Shown: in pieces, positions 1-9,800 of the stretch
Position numbering within the stretch: the stretch's first letter is position 1
Layout: the number at the start of each line of letters is the position of its first letter
Origin: a virus
DNA: 64,000 nucleotides
Virus record (IMG/VR): IMGVR_UViG_3300030118_007055
Location: 20,210 to 84,209 of that record
Reading direction: 5' to 3' (one strand)
Translations under genes and position numbers: made by a program
The notes under the pieces: model-generated
Databases searched by the model: none
What the model saw: the letters and a program-made list of their open reading frames with translations, nothing else
Told to the model about the DNA's origin: nothing

Positions 1-1
1 C

Positions 2-190
2 GGAGGAGTTAGCTCCACCTACACAGGAACTCACGATAATATATTAAATTTAGGTTTCTATAATAGCAATCCTTCCACTTCATTTAACTTTGAAGGTTTA
101 ATGCAAGAGACTTTAATCTATACAGGAAGCCAGTTGACTACTAGAACTGGCATAGAAAAAAATATGAATGATCACTATGGAATGTTTTAA
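2..190 (+). CDS. 3' end of a gene truncated by the window edge; LamG/ConA-like C-terminus of a probable virion protein
   Basis: Open frame from base 2 (GGVSSTYTG...FEGLMQETLIYTGSQLTTRTGIEKNMNDHYGMF*). The 'F.G.MQE..IY...IE.N.N.HYG' ending resembles LamG-like phage domains. Confidence 0.6.
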   Translation, partial: GGVSSTYTGTHDNILNLGFYNSNPSTSFNFEGLMQETLIYTGSQLTTRTGIEKNMNDHYGMF

Positions 191-193
191 AAA

Positions 194-424
194 ATGAAAT
201 ATTTACTTTTTAACACTAGAGAAGCAGCATTTGATAGGAGCATGCAAGAGGCCGATGTCAGATCATGCGGTCCCTCAACTAAATACTGGTGGGGAGCAAG
301 TATAACAAAAGCTGGTAAGTGGGCCTTATGTATACCAGATAATGAAACAAGTCATCTTACGCCAACAGAAAAATCTAATCTAAAAGATTCTGTTGTTTGG
401 CCTGACCCTGTAGATCCCAGCTAA
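194..424 (+). CDS. hypothetical phage protein (76 aa)
   Basis: ORF starts 3 nt after the upstream stop and has protein-like composition. Confidence 0.65.
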   Translation: MKYLLFNTREAAFDRSMQEADVRSCGPSTKYWWGASITKAGKWALCIPDNETSHLTPTEKSNLKDSVVWPDPVDPS

Positions 425-455
425 AAAACCCCCAAGCCCAAAGGGGAGGGGGTGT
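423..455 (-). terminator. Rho-independent terminator between convergent genes
   Basis: The minus strand reads CCCCCTCCCC-TTT-GGGCTTGGGGG followed by TTTTTT: a GC-rich hairpin plus U-tract in an AT-rich genome. Confidence 0.7.
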
Positions 456-474
456 CTAAGATTATAATTAAAAT

Positions 475-663
475 TTACTCAGACTTCTGCTTGGCTTTAC
501 CAATATTAAGGGCTGCCCAATCAATGATTGCGTAAACTTTAGCCCAAATTGATCCTTTTTTCGGAGTAGGTGTGGCAGCAGCTATTGCTGAAGCGAGAGC
601 TATGGCAGCTGTTACAACACCAAACCAAGGGTTGTTCTCTATTAATGAAATGATTGTATCCAT
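475..663 (-). CDS. small membrane protein (holin-like)
   Basis: Hydrophobic segment WFGVVTAAIALASAIAAA followed by TPTP and a basic tail. Start at 663 (MDTII) chosen because a GTGTAA motif lies just upstream. Confidence 0.6.
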   Translation of the reverse strand: MDTIISLIENNPWFGVVTAAIALASAIAAATPTPKKGSIWAKVYAIIDWAALNIGKAKQKSE

Positions 664-677
664 ACTAATATTTACAC

Positions 678-1256
678 TTAATCTGGATGAACTATGCATT
701 TCTCGTCAGAGATTTCTTCATAAAATATACTCTTATGATTATCAAGCCATCTTTGATGAGCCTCTTTAGCAATTTGAAAGGCCACATCATGAGATTGCCA
801 TTTACCGACTTGAGTATCTGAATCTCTATCTATTTTATAAATTTTAAAAAATTGACGATAAATTTTAAGATGTGATGATTCAATATCATTGATTGTTTTA
901 TACTTTTCTACAGGAGACCAATGAGGCACTGCAATAATTTTGTTATCTATTTTACCACCGTCAACAAATCCTAGCACCCCTAAAATTCTACATGATACCA
1001 TACTTGCTCTATCAATTGGGTCATGGTTAAAAATCAAAACATCTAAAGGGTCATTATCTAAAGCAATTGTTTGAGGTATAAAACCATAATTAATAGGATA
1101 TTGCAAAGATGAAACTAAACATCTATCTAATTTAAATATATTTAAATTCTCATCATACTCATATTTTGTGTTAGTTCCTTTAGGAATCTCTATGATGCAG
1201 TTTACGTGATCGTAATTATCATCAGTTATAGGTATGTCATTTACTAAATTCATCAT
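678..1256 (-). CDS. ppa: inorganic pyrophosphatase (family I)
   Basis: Motifs IEIPKG..KYEYD, LDR, YPINYGFIPQT and DNDPLDV. Confidence 0.95.
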   Translation of the reverse strand: MMNLVNDIPITDDNYDHVNCIIEIPKGTNTKYEYDENLNIFKLDRCLVSSLQYPINYGFIPQTIALDNDPLDVLIFNHDPIDRASMVSCRILGVLGFVDGGKIDNKIIAVPHWSPVEKYKTINDIESSHLKIYRQFFKIYKIDRDSDTQVGKWQSHDVAFQIAKEAHQRWLDNHKSIFYEEISDEKCIVHPD

Positions 1257-1545
1257 TAAGTGTATAAAAAACGCAAAGCTCTTCAGCTTTACGTATTGGT
1301 TTTACGGTATAAAGATTTCTTTCTTTACCTGTATTTAAAATAAAACAATTCGGGTGCTGAGAATGGTTTATAAATCCTCCTAATGGAGTTCTTATCCAGC
1401 CACGTTCATCATGTAATATATGAGTAATACCTAAGCAAACGCCAGCATTAATATCTTTAGAGCAAATCAAACCTAATCCATGTATGAAACTGTCGTCCAC
1501 AGTTACATTATCAGGTAAAGGTTTATAAGTATTAAATTTTAACAT
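1237..1545 (-). CDS. SET-domain protein (putative lysine methyltransferase)
   Basis: Motifs S.IHGLGL, FINHS..PNC and I...EEL..FY. Confidence 0.85.
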   Translation of the reverse strand: MLKFNTYKPLPDNVTVDDSFIHGLGLICSKDINAGVCLGITHILHDERGWIRTPLGGFINHSQHPNCFILNTGKERNLYTVKPIRKAEELCVFYTLNDEFSK

Positions 1546-1838
1546 TTTAAATTTACAAATCTAGGCGCGATCTCCTCTATCTCTTCACATAATCTACATA
1601 TTTCATTTCTAGACATTTGAGGAGCATTATTTTTTAATTTTGTTACCTCCCAGCAAAATTTAGCATAGATCTCATCTTGATTGTATTTATAATCAGTTTC
1701 ATTATCGTAAATAAAAGTGTCAAAAACTTCGTACCTTGTGGAGTCTATACATTTCTCCATGGGGTCAAACATAGAGTTACCTATAACAAATAAAAAAATG
1801 TCCTCTTTTTTGACTTTGATTTCGTGTTTGTCAAACAT
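1539..1838 (-). CDS. hypothetical protein
   Basis: 99-aa ORF overlapping the next gene's start; co-oriented. Confidence 0.6.
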   Translation of the reverse strand: MFDKHEIKVKKEDIFLFVIGNSMFDPMEKCIDSTRYEVFDTFIYDNETDYKYNQDEIYAKFCWEVTKLKNNAPQMSRNEICRLCEEIEEIAPRFVNLKC

Positions 1839-1879
1839 CTTACTATATTAGTAAAACATCTACGAATATCAAAAAAAAA

Positions 1880-2503
1880 TTATAGAATTCTTATTCTGCT
1901 TCTAATACTAGAGACATGGCGTTTTTTCTCTAAAACCGAGCCGCCTTCACGACTACCAGCGCCATTTGTGTTTCCCTCAATAGTTTTTACATAACCTCTA
2001 GAATCAATATCTTTGACAGCTAAGCCTATATGAGAGAAAGTAAAGACTACGATATCTCCAGCTTTAATATCCTCATTTGTAGGTTTACGTAAATCTATAT
2101 CATTTGCAATTTCTTGTTTTGCCCAATTTTCAAAATCCCAAGCTCCAGCAGTTCTTGGTCTTTTGAATTTTACATCTTCATCCTCTATGGATTCTCTAAC
2201 CAACCAACAAATAAATGCGGCACACCAAGGCCAACCCTTACTAGCATCAAGCCATGTAGCCGCCTTGTATTGATCAACTCTTGGTCCACAATTTGTCCCA
2301 TCTACTTCGGACACGCCGATTTCTTCACGGGCTAATTGAACCATTTTTTCTGGTATATTACCTGAAACATTTAATGGTGAGTCTTTTGCAGATAACTCAG
2401 CTAAGATAGTGCTCCAAGTTACAGGCCCATCGATTCCATCAGCGGTGATCCCTAAAACACGCTGCACTGCTCTAATTGCTTCTTTTTTTCCTCTAAAATT
2501 CAT
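1880..2503 (-). CDS. endolysin: peptidoglycan-binding domain plus CHAP amidase/peptidase
   Basis: N-terminal VQRVLGITADGIDGPVTW (PG_binding_1-like); CHAP motifs PWCAAFICW, SHIGL and TIEGNT. Confidence 0.9.
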   Translation of the reverse strand: MNFRGKKEAIRAVQRVLGITADGIDGPVTWSTILAELSAKDSPLNVSGNIPEKMVQLAREEIGVSEVDGTNCGPRVDQYKAATWLDASKGWPWCAAFICWLVRESIEDEDVKFKRPRTAGAWDFENWAKQEIANDIDLRKPTNEDIKAGDIVVFTFSHIGLAVKDIDSRGYVKTIEGNTNGAGSREGGSVLEKKRHVSSIRSRIRIL

Positions 2504-2784
2504 TAACTACAATTTTTTTTAAATGATACACACACACCCATTACAACTAATAATACGATTGTCATTAACATCATCTCTTTAAAATCGCATATTTTAGATT
2601 CAATAATATTAAATTTTTCTTTTAATTCGCTGTCATGACCTAAACCACAAAAATCACATGACCAAAGCTGAGATGAATCTTTTAAATCTATAACTTCATT
2701 TATTTCATCCAATGCCGCGATGCCGCACCAACTAAAAATTATGCAAATAACTACTAAACAATAAACTAGATGCTTGGGTTTCAT
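2503..2784 (-). CDS. two-TM membrane protein in the lysis cassette
   Basis: Hydrophobic N- and C-terminal segments and an internal CxxC; TAATG-coupled to holin-like and endolysin genes. Confidence 0.6.
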   Translation of the reverse strand: MKPKHLVYCLVVICIIFSWCGIAALDEINEVIDLKDSSQLWSCDFCGLGHDSELKEKFNIIESKICDFKEMMLMTIVLLVVMGVCVSFKKNCS

Positions 2785-3101
2785 TATTTTTTAAAAAATT
2801 TAAATGGATTATTTTCAAAGTTTTGAGCTAATCTCACAACTCCTCCAATAATCTCTGGGCTTACAACGCCAATGATACCATAAGTTATAGCTTTGGTTAA
2901 AGATGATACATCTGTTTGTTCTAAAACAAACCATGCAACTCCAGAAGCTATGGCTGCGGTAACAATTCTTTTAAATTGTTGTTTTATCGACAAACCACTA
3001 TCTCCAGATAAAAGGCGAGCAAACATAGCCGCTGCACCAATTAAAGGCACTAGCCAACCCCCATTAAGGAATTCTTTTAAAAGCGACTTTTCAGGTTCCA
3101 T
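2784..3101 (-). CDS. putative holin
   Basis: 105 aa with about 3 hydrophobic helices and a basic C-terminus, upstream of the endolysin. Confidence 0.65.
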   Translation of the reverse strand: MEPEKSLLKEFLNGGWLVPLIGAAAMFARLLSGDSGLSIKQQFKRIVTAAIASGVAWFVLEQTDVSSLTKAITYGIIGVVSPEIIGGVVRLAQNFENNPFKFFKK

Positions 3102-3166
3102 ATAACTAATAGTTACACGAAAAAAAAGTCTAACAAAAGTTTTTAAAAATTTATTTTAAAATTTAT

Positions 3167-3457
3167 TTATTTGCTATAATAATAAATTTCTCTTTCTAGT
3201 TTTCTAAATCTAGTGTCAGAGTGCCAAATTTCAGTAGTTTGCGGCGTATAAACACCATCAATTGTTTTTATCTTTATCCCTTTCTGTAGCCTCAGTGTAG
3301 AAGGTTGATAAATGTTTAAATTGCCTACGCTCGGTGCTGAGGTAGTTTCGCAAGAGGTCAGCCCTATTAGCGCTATGGCTGTCACCCCTAATCCTAAGCT
3401 CTTCAATTTCTTCAATAAATTTACGCTCTTTTTCTTTGAACTCTTTATGTAATTCAT
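3167..3457 (-). CDS. lipoprotein, putative o-spanin (Rz1-like)
   Basis: Basic N-region, hydrophobic stretch LGLGVTAIALIG and lipobox LTSC; overlaps 3258..3530 in another frame. The true start may be further downstream. Confidence 0.6.
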   Translation of the reverse strand: MNYIKSSKKKSVNLLKKLKSLGLGVTAIALIGLTSCETTSAPSVGNLNIYQPSTLRLQKGIKIKTIDGVYTPQTTEIWHSDTRFRKLEREIYYYSK

Positions 3458-3530
3458 AATAAAATTTTTTATTTTTTAGTTTTAAATATAATTCTACTGA
3501 TTTTATGATTGACTTTATTGAGGAAAACAT
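3258..3530 (-). CDS. coiled-coil protein, putative i-spanin (Rz-like)
   Basis: Charged helical protein overlapping the lipoprotein gene by up to 200 nt next to holin/endolysin; no clear TM helix. Confidence 0.45.
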   Translation of the reverse strand: MFSSIKSIIKSVELYLKLKNKKFYYELHKEFKEKERKFIEEIEELRIRGDSHSANRADLLRNYLSTERRQFKHLSTFYTEATERDKDKNN

Positions 3531-3536
3531 AACTAT

Positions 3537-3827
3537 TTAATTACTTTGCTCTTTAATTTCAGACGGTCCAATAGTAAATGGCATAAATTTTAATTGAGCA
3601 ACACCAACATTTTGACCGCCATCTGATAAAAAGCCGTTTAAGTAAGCCGCCTCTGGACTAAATTCAACTTGCTTCTCCTCAAAAATAAAATTTCCTGTTT
3701 TGTTTTTAAGTTCGAAAATAGTTGATCCTGTAGCTGATTTGCTCTTTGAGACTACCTTTAATTCTGTGTCTAATAGTTCTTTAAGAGTTTCATTAGCTCC
3801 TACTACTTTAAAAATAATACCCCTCAT
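3537..3827 (-). CDS. hypothetical protein
   Basis: 96-aa ORF, first gene of the minus-strand lysis block. Confidence 0.6.
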   Translation of the reverse strand: MRGIIFKVVGANETLKELLDTELKVVSKSKSATGSTIFELKNKTGNFIFEEKQVEFSPEAAYLNGFLSDGGQNVGVAQLKFMPFTIGPSEIKEQSN

Positions 3828-3857
3828 AGCATTTTATGTTTTAATTATTATATAATT

Positions 3858-3896
3858 TTACACTGTTTTTTATATTATAATATAGCAAAAGTGTAA
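3858..3896. promoter_or_regulatory. divergent pair of GTGTAA motifs (putative phage promoters)
   Basis: TTACAC at 3858-3863 (minus) and GTGTAA at 3891-3896 (plus), facing the lysis block and the tail block respectively. Confidence 0.55.
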
Positions 3897-3904
3897 GTAT
3901 TGTT

Positions 3905-5836
3905 ATGGCAGAAGAAGGTAAAAATATAGTAGCAAAAAATTTATTAGATTTGCAGCCCTCAGCTGTTTTAGAATTTTTTCAACTAACATTAATAGATCCT
4001 AAAACTCAGACAGAGCAGCAAGTTTTTTTTCATGGGGGTAGCTTATTTGGAGGCAGTGTAACTTGGCAAGGTAATAAATATAGCGCAGTGCCTATAGAAT
4101 GTGAGGGTTTTGAAGTTTTAGGAGATAGAACATTGCCCAGACCTAAGATTAGAGTATCTAATAATAATTTTTTAATCACTGCTTTACTGCAAAGATTTAA
4201 CGATTTTGTAAATGGTAAAGTCACTAGGAAAAAAGCCTTTGTAAAGAATTTAGATGACGTTAACTTTGATGGAGGAAACCCTTGGAGCGAGGCTAATGCT
4301 GGAGCAGAGATATCATCACAAACTTGGATTATAGGTAGAAAAACACAAGAATCTAAACTTTTTGTTGAGTTTGAACTTAATTCACCCTTAGATTTAGAAT
4401 CATTTAATGTAAACGATAGAAGTATAGTCGCTAAATATTGTTTTTGGAAATATAGGGGGCAAGGTTGTAGATACGAGGGTTTACCAATCGAAACAGAGGG
4501 CGCGAAAGCTTTTAAAGATAAAGATGGCAATGCAGTTACTCCTACATTCACTACATCGCCAGACAGTGACCAAACATTTTTTTTCCAAAGCCCTGAAGCT
4601 GAGTGGCAAATCGATAAAAATTATCAAAAAGGTGATATAATATATGTAACTGGCGAACCTATTCCATCAATACTTTCGTCATCAACGGATGGAAATGCGC
4701 CTACACAGCCTAGTAAAACTGTTTATGTTTCTGTAAGCGGTAACAATTCAGGCAATCATCCAAATGAGGGGCCGTCATTTTGGCAAAAGGATGTTTGTGC
4801 AAAAAATTTATCAGCGTGTCGTAAGAGATTTAATTTAAATAATCAATTTACATATATAGCTACAGCTACAGAAGCTACTGGTTTTAAAGTGATGAACTTA
4901 TCAGGTAATAAAATAGTGGATCAATCTGATGCGTTTAATGGCGCTGGTCTTTTTCATGGACCAAAAGTTACAGGAGCTTTGACTGGAGCTTTTACAATCA
5001 TGGGATGGGTAAGCGGAAATAGTTTATCAAGTCAAAAATCATCCATTTTAAGCACTACATCTAGGGATAATTTGAATAATTTTTTTAATTTAAACAGAAA
5101 AGTCACTGAGGATGAGAGCAAAGTTAATGATATTGAATTTAGTTACCTTTTAAATGATTCTACAAATAACCCACCTTATGCTAACGCTAATTATACTGTC
5201 GGTGAGGTTGATGCGGGATGGAATCTTTATGTGATAACTAATCAAAGCGATAAAAGCATTAGATATATTAATGAAAGTAGCCCTACAAGCTTTACCGTAA
5301 AACGGGACCAAGCGCCGTATCCTTTTATAAAATTTAAACAAACTTTAAATTTAACATATAGAAAAGAAAATCCAAGCTTTTTACCTGAGCATTTTACTTT
5401 AGGCGGCATCCCTTTAGGAGATGGTAAACACGCTTCAATAAATGGCGCACTTGGTCCGTGGGCGATATGGAATAGAGCTTTATCTGACGTAGAAATAAAT
5501 TATTTAAGAAAAGATGTTTATACTCCTGCTAAAGAAACAATTGATTTTATGCCTAGAAATTATTATGAAATCACAGGAGATTTTGGAGATGTTACTGGGG
5601 ATAGTTTATTAGCATGGTGGGACATGTCAACTGGCCAAATAGGGTCAACAACTTACACTGGGCTACTTGATATTCATACAGGTGGTAATCATTTAACTGG
5701 TTCAGGGTTTTTTGAGACTGGCTTTTATAACATAATTCGGAATGATCAAATCGTAGTCTCAAACCCTAGTAGTTACTATCCTAGATTTGGAGGTTTCCCA
5801 GGAACAGATGGATTTGGTTACTACAAAAGTTTATGA
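3905..5836 (+). CDS. lambda gpL-like minor tail protein with inserted CBM-like and LamG-like domains
   Basis: WQGNKY...PIECEGFE...PRPKIRVSN, FELNSPLD, C.WKYRG.GC.Y, D.C.K..SAC.KRF and terminal FGGFPG. Confidence 0.85.
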   Translation: MAEEGKNIVAKNLLDLQPSAVLEFFQLTLIDPKTQTEQQVFFHGGSLFGGSVTWQGNKYSAVPIECEGFEVLGDRTLPRPKIRVSNNNFLITALLQRFNDFVNGKVTRKKAFVKNLDDVNFDGGNPWSEANAGAEISSQTWIIGRKTQESKLFVEFELNSPLDLESFNVNDRSIVAKYCFWKYRGQGCRYEGLPIETEGAKAFKDKDGNAVTPTFTTSPDSDQTFFFQSPEAEWQIDKNYQKGDIIYVTGEPIPSILSSSTDGNAPTQPSKTVYVSVSGNNSGNHPNEGPSFWQKDVCAKNLSACRKRFNLNNQFTYIATATEATGFKVMNLSGNKIVDQSDAFNGAGLFHGPKVTGALTGAFTIMGWVSGNSLSSQKSSILSTTSRDNLNNFFNLNRKVTEDESKVNDIEFSYLLNDSTNNPPYANANYTVGEVDAGWNLYVITNQSDKSIRYINESSPTSFTVKRDQAPYPFIKFKQTLNLTYRKENPSFLPEHFTLGGIPLGDGKHASINGALGPWAIWNRALSDVEINYLRKDVYTPAKETIDFMPRNYYEITGDFGDVTGDSLLAWWDMSTGQIGSTTYTGLLDIHTGGNHLTGSGFFETGFYNIIRNDQIVVSNPSSYYPRFGGFPGTDGFGYYKSL

Positions 5837-6231
5837 GTAAATTTAATTCTCCAAAAAGCGCTTTAGAGCATATAAAAATTTTATGTAATAAAAGTTTACG
5901 TAATGAAATATGTGGTTTTTTAGGTTATTGCCCAAAAAATAATGTTTTTGTTGTCAAAGAAGCAGACAATATAGCTGATGATCCTAAAAGTTTTTTCTTA
6001 ATCGATCCTTTAGAATACCTATTATTTAAGGAGGAATATTCACTTTTGGCTATATACCACAGTCATTTGATTGGAGATGAAGAGCCATCAGATTTTGATA
6101 AGAATATGTCTGAGAATTGTTGCTTGCCATTTTTAATATTTAGTTTAAACACACAAAAAATATATATTTATGAGCCACAAAATCCAGATTCAGATGTAAA
6201 TACATTAGAAAGGATAAAGGCTTTAGTATGA
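5833..6231 (+). CDS. gpK-like tail assembly protein, JAB/MPN metalloprotease domain only
   Basis: EICGF and YHSH......PS..D (JAMM motif); positioned after gpL. Confidence 0.85.
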   Translation: MSKFNSPKSALEHIKILCNKSLRNEICGFLGYCPKNNVFVVKEADNIADDPKSFFLIDPLEYLLFKEEYSLLAIYHSHLIGDEEPSDFDKNMSENCCLPFLIFSLNTQKIYIYEPQNPDSDVNTLERIKALV

Positions 6232-6872
6232 CCACTGTATATTTACATGGAATTTTAAAAAAAGAATATCAGGATTATTTTAAATTAAATTTAAATTATC
6301 CAAGTGATGTTGTTCGCGCTATAGACTGTAACAGACGAGGTTTTAAAGGTAGATTAAATGAGTTAAGTCTCCAAGGTTTTAACTATGCTATTTTAATTAA
6401 TAAAAAATTAATTAAATCATCTGACGAATTAAAGTCTTTTGGTTCTTGTGAAAGGATAGATTTAGTGCCAATGATAATTGGATCGGGTGGTGGTGTAGGT
6501 GCATTTATCGCGGGTATTTTTGGTCTAACTGGTACAGCCGCGACAATTGCAGCAGCTGTAGTCAACATTGGAATAGCTTTTTTGTTAACTCCTAAACCAG
6601 ACTTAGGGTTACCCGCTGAACAAGATATATCAGCAACCAGTAATGCTAATAAAGAGTCTTATGTTTTTTCATCAAATGTAAACTTAGCTCAACAAGGTAG
6701 TTTTTTACCTATAGGTTATGGTAGATTAAAAATAGGCTCATCAGTTATACAAACTTCAATAAAATCTTTCCCAGTCATTAAACCTGATAGCGAGGCACTG
6801 CAATCAGATAACTTTATTAACAAAGTTGCTGCTGAAAATGATTCATTTTCAGCTAATTCTTTTAATACCTAA
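6228..6872 (+). CDS. gpI-like tail assembly protein
   Basis: V.LHG.L, IDLVP.I.GSG, a hydrophobic helix, and SYVFS...N...QG..LPIGYGRL.IGS.VI. Confidence 0.85.
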   Translation: MTTVYLHGILKKEYQDYFKLNLNYPSDVVRAIDCNRRGFKGRLNELSLQGFNYAILINKKLIKSSDELKSFGSCERIDLVPMIIGSGGGVGAFIAGIFGLTGTAATIAAAVVNIGIAFLLTPKPDLGLPAEQDISATSNANKESYVFSSNVNLAQQGSFLPIGYGRLKIGSSVIQTSIKSFPVIKPDSEALQSDNFINKVAAENDSFSANSFNT

Positions 6873-9800
6873 TGGATCATATAATTAAAAAAACAAAACT
6901 GGCTGGAGCAAATACGCCTATGTATAGACCTCCCAAACTTGGTGAGATGTCATATGGCGCATCTTATAGTTTTGTAGAAACTTTAGATTTGCTAAGCGAT
7001 GGTCCAATAGCTGGTCTTGTCAACCAACAAGGTCAAATTGTTAGAGACGCTGATCTACTACAAGGTGTTTATTTAAATGACACACCAGTGGCTGTTAACA
7101 CCCAACCACAAAAAGCAGTTGATAAAATTTTTGAAAATACAAAAACTTCTGCACAGGTAACTGGTCAAATTCACATTACGGGTTTTTTTAATCAATTAAA
7201 TGGTAAAGACCCAACATCTTTGATAGTTGAACCAATTGGGCAAACAGCGCACACTGCGTTTAGCTCAACCAATTTAAGCGCGACGGCAGGTATTGCTCCA
7301 AATTGGTCACATCTCAATAGCGCAGAAAGTAAAGTTCATAATGATTCAACTGAGGTAAATGTCAGTAATGCTTTTTTATATGGCTCAGTTGTGCATCATA
7401 TAGCCGACAGATCTCTTAAAGGAAGTATGGTTAGCGTTAAAAATGATTTTAAAGCACATAATAATTTGTTTGGCCTTTACATGGGAAATACCCCCAGGAG
7501 CACAAGTGATAGAAAATTAGAATATATAAGCGGATTTGAGCCGACTGCGCCAAATGCAATATTAGAGAGGAAATCAAAGAAAGGAGGACCAAGCGCACAG
7601 GCTAATTATAAATCTTATTTAATTTATTCTGATTTACAAGATGTATCAAAATCTATTAATACGACTAAAAGTTCATTCGCATCATCAGGCACTATAACTT
7701 TCACCGATGGCGTTTATACTTTTACAAATGCAGCTGTAAATGGATTTATTCAAGAAACTGATAATACTAATATAGTTGAGGGTAGAGTTTACAGAGTTCA
7801 ATTCACTATTTTTGATTACTCTTCAGGTGCGATCAAAGTACGTCACCCTTTCAATAGCGCTAACGTTAGCGGCGATGGCAAATTCACCTTCACGGCAGTA
7901 GCCACTTCAAGCGGTACTGACGCTGGGAAATTTATGCTGATGGTTCAAACTGCCGCAGCAAATTTTAAAGTTAAAGATATTTCTATATGTGAAATAGTTG
8001 AAAAAGTTCCAGATAATTACAAATTTTTGTTTGGTTTTGGTAAGCGAGGTCTTGAGAACATACCATCTAGAGGTCTAAAGTTTGAAAGAAGAAAATCTAC
8101 TGATTCAAATAAAAATTTTAATTTTTTCACAAACCCAATAAAAGATACATCGTCTAACTCGAACTCTATATTTGAATTGACAAAAGTTTTAAGTGATGAA
8201 TTTGCGACGATGTCTAATCTGAAAGCTGAGGGTGAGAGCAATACCGCAAATGGTGGTAAATATCAATCTCAGTTAGTGGATCAAGTTTTCGAGCGATTCA
8301 CGAATGTACAAAGTTTGTCAGTTGAGTTCAATGGCGAAGCGGAAAGCTGGAAAAAATCTTTAGATAGTTTTTTCAGGAGAATTGATAAAGATGCTTTTAT
8401 AGTTTATAGACCTTTTACAAGCCAGCCAAATTTAAATTTTTCTTTGATAGACCCAAACTCACCAAAGATAAATGATTTTGAAAGTAATTTTACTTACCAA
8501 GGTTTAATGGATTATGAGTTTAACTTTCAAAGCTCTGAATTATCTGATGGTATTAATTTAAAAGATTTTGCCTTAGCTAATAAAGAACAAATAGAAGTTT
8601 TTGATTTTGTTCTACCTAAAATTGATAATAATGGAACTTTGTCTCAAGAAGTTGTTGGGTTTTATTTGATAGCTTTAAAGTCAGAATCATCTAGTAGCAC
8701 AGATGAAAAAAGAGGAAAAGGCCAAAAGTATGATTTCACCACTCACTTCCATGGATTTAATCAAAATGTTGTAAATATATTAAAGAACATTACGACTTTT
8801 AAATATCAACAATCTACTGCATTTAGTTCTAGTATTTTATCTAATCTTAATTCACAAAAATTTAATTACTCAAATGTTTTAGCTGAGTTAAAATTAGGAA
8901 CGGAGCTTCAACAGCCTTTTAAATTTTTTAATAAAATTTATATTGATAAAATATATAACGAAAAACTTTTTGGACCATTTAGGCAAGAAGGTAATGTTCA
9001 AAGAATAATTTCTAATGAAAAAATGCTCTCAAAAAATGATTTTGAGACTCAATTAAGTGAAAGTGATGTAGAGGGTAGTCAAGATGAAAGGAAGGCAGAT
9101 GGCAGTGCTGGCGAGATAAAATTTTTAAATTATTCTCAATGGGCTGATAATCTTAACCCTAGTTTTGATGAAGAAGCGTCTCCAATAACTCACACCATTT
9201 ATAATCCAAATGTAGATGAGGTTTATGTCACTTTGTTATTAGAGTCTTTAAAAGATACTTTACATAAAGAAGTTCGTCCAGATGCTTTAAAAGATGAGAC
9301 TTTTGCTGCTGATAAAAAAATAGAACCAGCTAATACTTATCCATCCTTATTAGAAGTAAGAATAACAACAGGAACAGTTGACCCAAGAACTAATAAAAAA
9401 ACTCCTAATGGTGAAGTAAGAGATTACAGATTTGTAGCGTTAATTAATACTCCTACTTTAGTAGATTTAGGTAATCCAGAGTCTTCTCCTATGGACTTCC
9501 CTTGGATAAAATTAGGCAGTTTTCAAGATTCAGGAGCTGAAACAAATAAGATAAACACGCCTATAAGCTTGCCACCAGCACTGTTAGTGGATAGAGCGGG
9601 TGTTGGCGAAGGTAATGAGTTACTTCCTCATAGGTATGTTGAGATTAAAAAAATATCCTGCGAAACAAATTCTGTTTTAATTGATAAAGATGTAAAATTA
9701 AAAAGTGTTACTGAAATAATTCCAGTCAACTTGACTTATCCTTTTTCTGCGATAGTAGGCACTAAAATAGATTCAAGAACGGTTGATAACATACCTGACA

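Noticed and set aside
4030-4551. 173-aa minus-strand ORF
   Set aside because: Antisense shadow of the conserved gpL N-terminus; no recognisable motif.
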